Below, piece after piece: positions 54,622 through 55,705 of a DNA stretch of 55,705 nucleotides. The position numbers were made by a program, and so were the translations under genes. The DNA is from Dehalococcoidia bacterium (GTDB lineage: Bacteria; Chloroflexota; Dehalococcoidia; Dehalococcoidales; RBG-16-60-22). Below the pieces are notes generated by a model, which saw only the letters and a program-made list of their open reading frames with translations, made no database searches and was not told the origin of the DNA. How positions within the stretch are numbered: position 1 is the first letter of the stretch; the number at the start of each line of letters is the position of its first letter. The stretch spans positions 1 through 55,705 of the forward strand of contig PLLL01000014.1 in NCBI GenBank assembly GCA_003141235.1, given 5' to 3'.

Positions 54622-55705
54622 TTATACGGCAGACTCGATAACCGGCAGGTCGATATATGACGAGTAGGCAGCCTCATGATAGATACTCTGTAAGGCCGGG
54701 ATACCCCGGGCGTCCTCGCCGACAGCGTGACCGGTATTCATGTTACGGTCATATTCGGGGAAACAGCTGCTGGAAACATCAATGCGGATGCGGTGCCCTT
54801 TACGGAAGAGCTGACTGACGGCTTCAAGGTTGACAATATATTCGTTGACTTCTCCGGGGTTCACCAGCTCCGGCGCGAAAAGCGATTTGCGGTAGCGCGC
54901 CCGGGTAATGCCGTCGCAGACCACATTATATGCGCGCCCGTCGGGATAGACATCGACCAGCTTGGCGGTGAAATCGGTGTCCCGGGCGGAGGTAGCGGCG
55001 AAGAGGTGCAGCAGCAGCGGCCCGGTGACCTCTAAATCTTCCTTGAGCTCAGGGGTGGTGTAGCAAAGGACATCATCACGGCGTTCGACCAGCGATTGTT
55101 CCTGGGGCGATGGGGCGAACATTATTAATTGCTGGTGGCCGCGGCAGCCGGTGGTGGGCACCGGGAAGTGCGGATTATAGATGTAAATATCAGGAAGCTC
55201 AGAGCCCGGCTCATCCCGGCTCAAAAGCCCATCCCCGGCGGCGCCGTTGGCATGTCCCCGGCTATGAAGAAAATAACGCTGGAATTTCATCTGGGGCGGC
55301 GGCCAGGTTTCCGCGGTGCGCCAGACATTTTTACCCATGACAAAGTAGCGGACGGCGGGCAGGTCCGCTTTCTTACCACGCAGGAACTTATCGAAGAAAG
55401 CCAGGGTGTGCGCCCCGACCCCGCTACCCAGTTTGGAAGCTAAAAGCCCAAATCCAAGCGCTCCCGCATCACCGTCCGAGGTCGGCCCAGGGTGCAGCCA
55501 CGGACCCATCATAATATACTGGTTCTTCCGGGCGAGTTCCGAGCCGCCTTTTTCCCGCATGTTCGTAAAATGGCTTAAAGTGCCTGAGGGATAAAAATCG
55601 TACCAGCCTGATACGTGCATGCACGGCGCCATCACTTTTTCGTAAGGCGTGCGGGTCTGTTCGAAATATTCGGGTGTTTCGCGGTCGCTGGCGAGTACCC
55701 GTCCC
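54622..55705 (-). CDS. CocE/NonD-family (S15 X-Pro dipeptidyl-peptidase-like) hydrolase, 5' partial (runs off window end)
   Basis: The frame stays open upstream of the track start to the window edge. The ...HVSGWYDFY... segment and the C-terminal beta-sandwich domain are typical of the family. Confidence 0.8.
   Translation of the reverse strand, partial: GRVLASDRETPEYFEQTRTPYEKVMAPCMHVSGWYDFYPSGTLSHFTNMREKGGSELARKNQYIMMGPWLHPGPTSDGDAGALGFGLLASKLGSGVGAHTLAFFDKFLRGKKADLPAVRYFVMGKNVWRTAETWPPPQMKFQRYFLHSRGHANGAAGDGLLSRDEPGSELPDIYIYNPHFPVPTTGCRGHQQLIMFAPSPQEQSLVERRDDVLCYTTPELKEDLEVTGPLLLHLFAATSARDTDFTAKLVDVYPDGRAYNVVCDGITRARYRKSLFAPELVNPGEVNEYIVNLEAVSQLFRKGHRIRIDVSSSCFPEYDRNMNTGHAVGEDARGIPALQSIYHEAAYSSYIDLPVIESAV

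Overview
This is a 55.7-kb gene-dense bacterial chromosomal window, mostly on the + strand. Gene content and the short GC-rich palindromic repeats suggest an anaerobic Chloroflexota/Dehalococcoidia-like organism, but that is inference only.

Gene order, left to right:
- End of a [NiFe]-hydrogenase maturation cluster (hypE, endopeptidase), then tatA / tatB-like / tatC and tRNA-Sec (selC).
- An AT-rich spacer with orphan small ORFs, a liv-type (HAAT) ABC importer operon, an MBL hydrolase, a decayed family-5 SBP fragment and a coiled-coil protein.
- A minus-strand block of selA, an AICARFT-only purH-like gene, selB and uspA, followed by cysE.
- A sulfur/molybdenum-cofactor-flavoured run: mnmA, MOSC, two tandem cysteine-poor fdhD-like genes, nadA, cutA, and a ThiF/MoeB-type E1 with a MoaD/ThiS-type GG carrier.
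- Two small zinc-ribbon paralogues absent from the ORF track, lying behind tgt, then an AT-rich islet with a GIY-YIG-like orphan.
- Acyl-CoA dehydrogenase, NUDIX, and a Zn-ribbon/Pro-rich/OB-fold protein.
- A dnaJ-like / hspR / clpB operon in which clpB carries a single in-frame TGA.
- A DedA-like protein, a cyclophilin and tRNA-Ala(GGC).
- A roughly 20-kb surface-glycan region: Wzm/Wzt exporter, a methyltransferase-GT2 fusion, GT4s, a CapE/FnlA-type 2-acetamido-6-deoxy-L-hexose module and a 4-epimerase. It is interrupted by an 1809-aa soluble hybrid histidine kinase plus a CheY-like regulator.
- The window ends inside a CocE/NonD hydrolase.

I found no rRNA, CRISPR array, transposase or intact integrase, and I cannot point to a clearly new multi-gene system.

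The items most worth a second look are:
- the clpB in-frame TGA;
- the paired zinc-ribbon micro-ORFs;
- the GIY-YIG-like AT-rich islet flanked by repeats;
- an orientation-biased dispersed repeat family (GATAGAGATTGCCACG...CTCGCAATGAC) sitting just 5' of genes;
- the Cys-less tandem FdhD paralogues;
- the perfect 57-bp in-frame repeat in the giant kinase.
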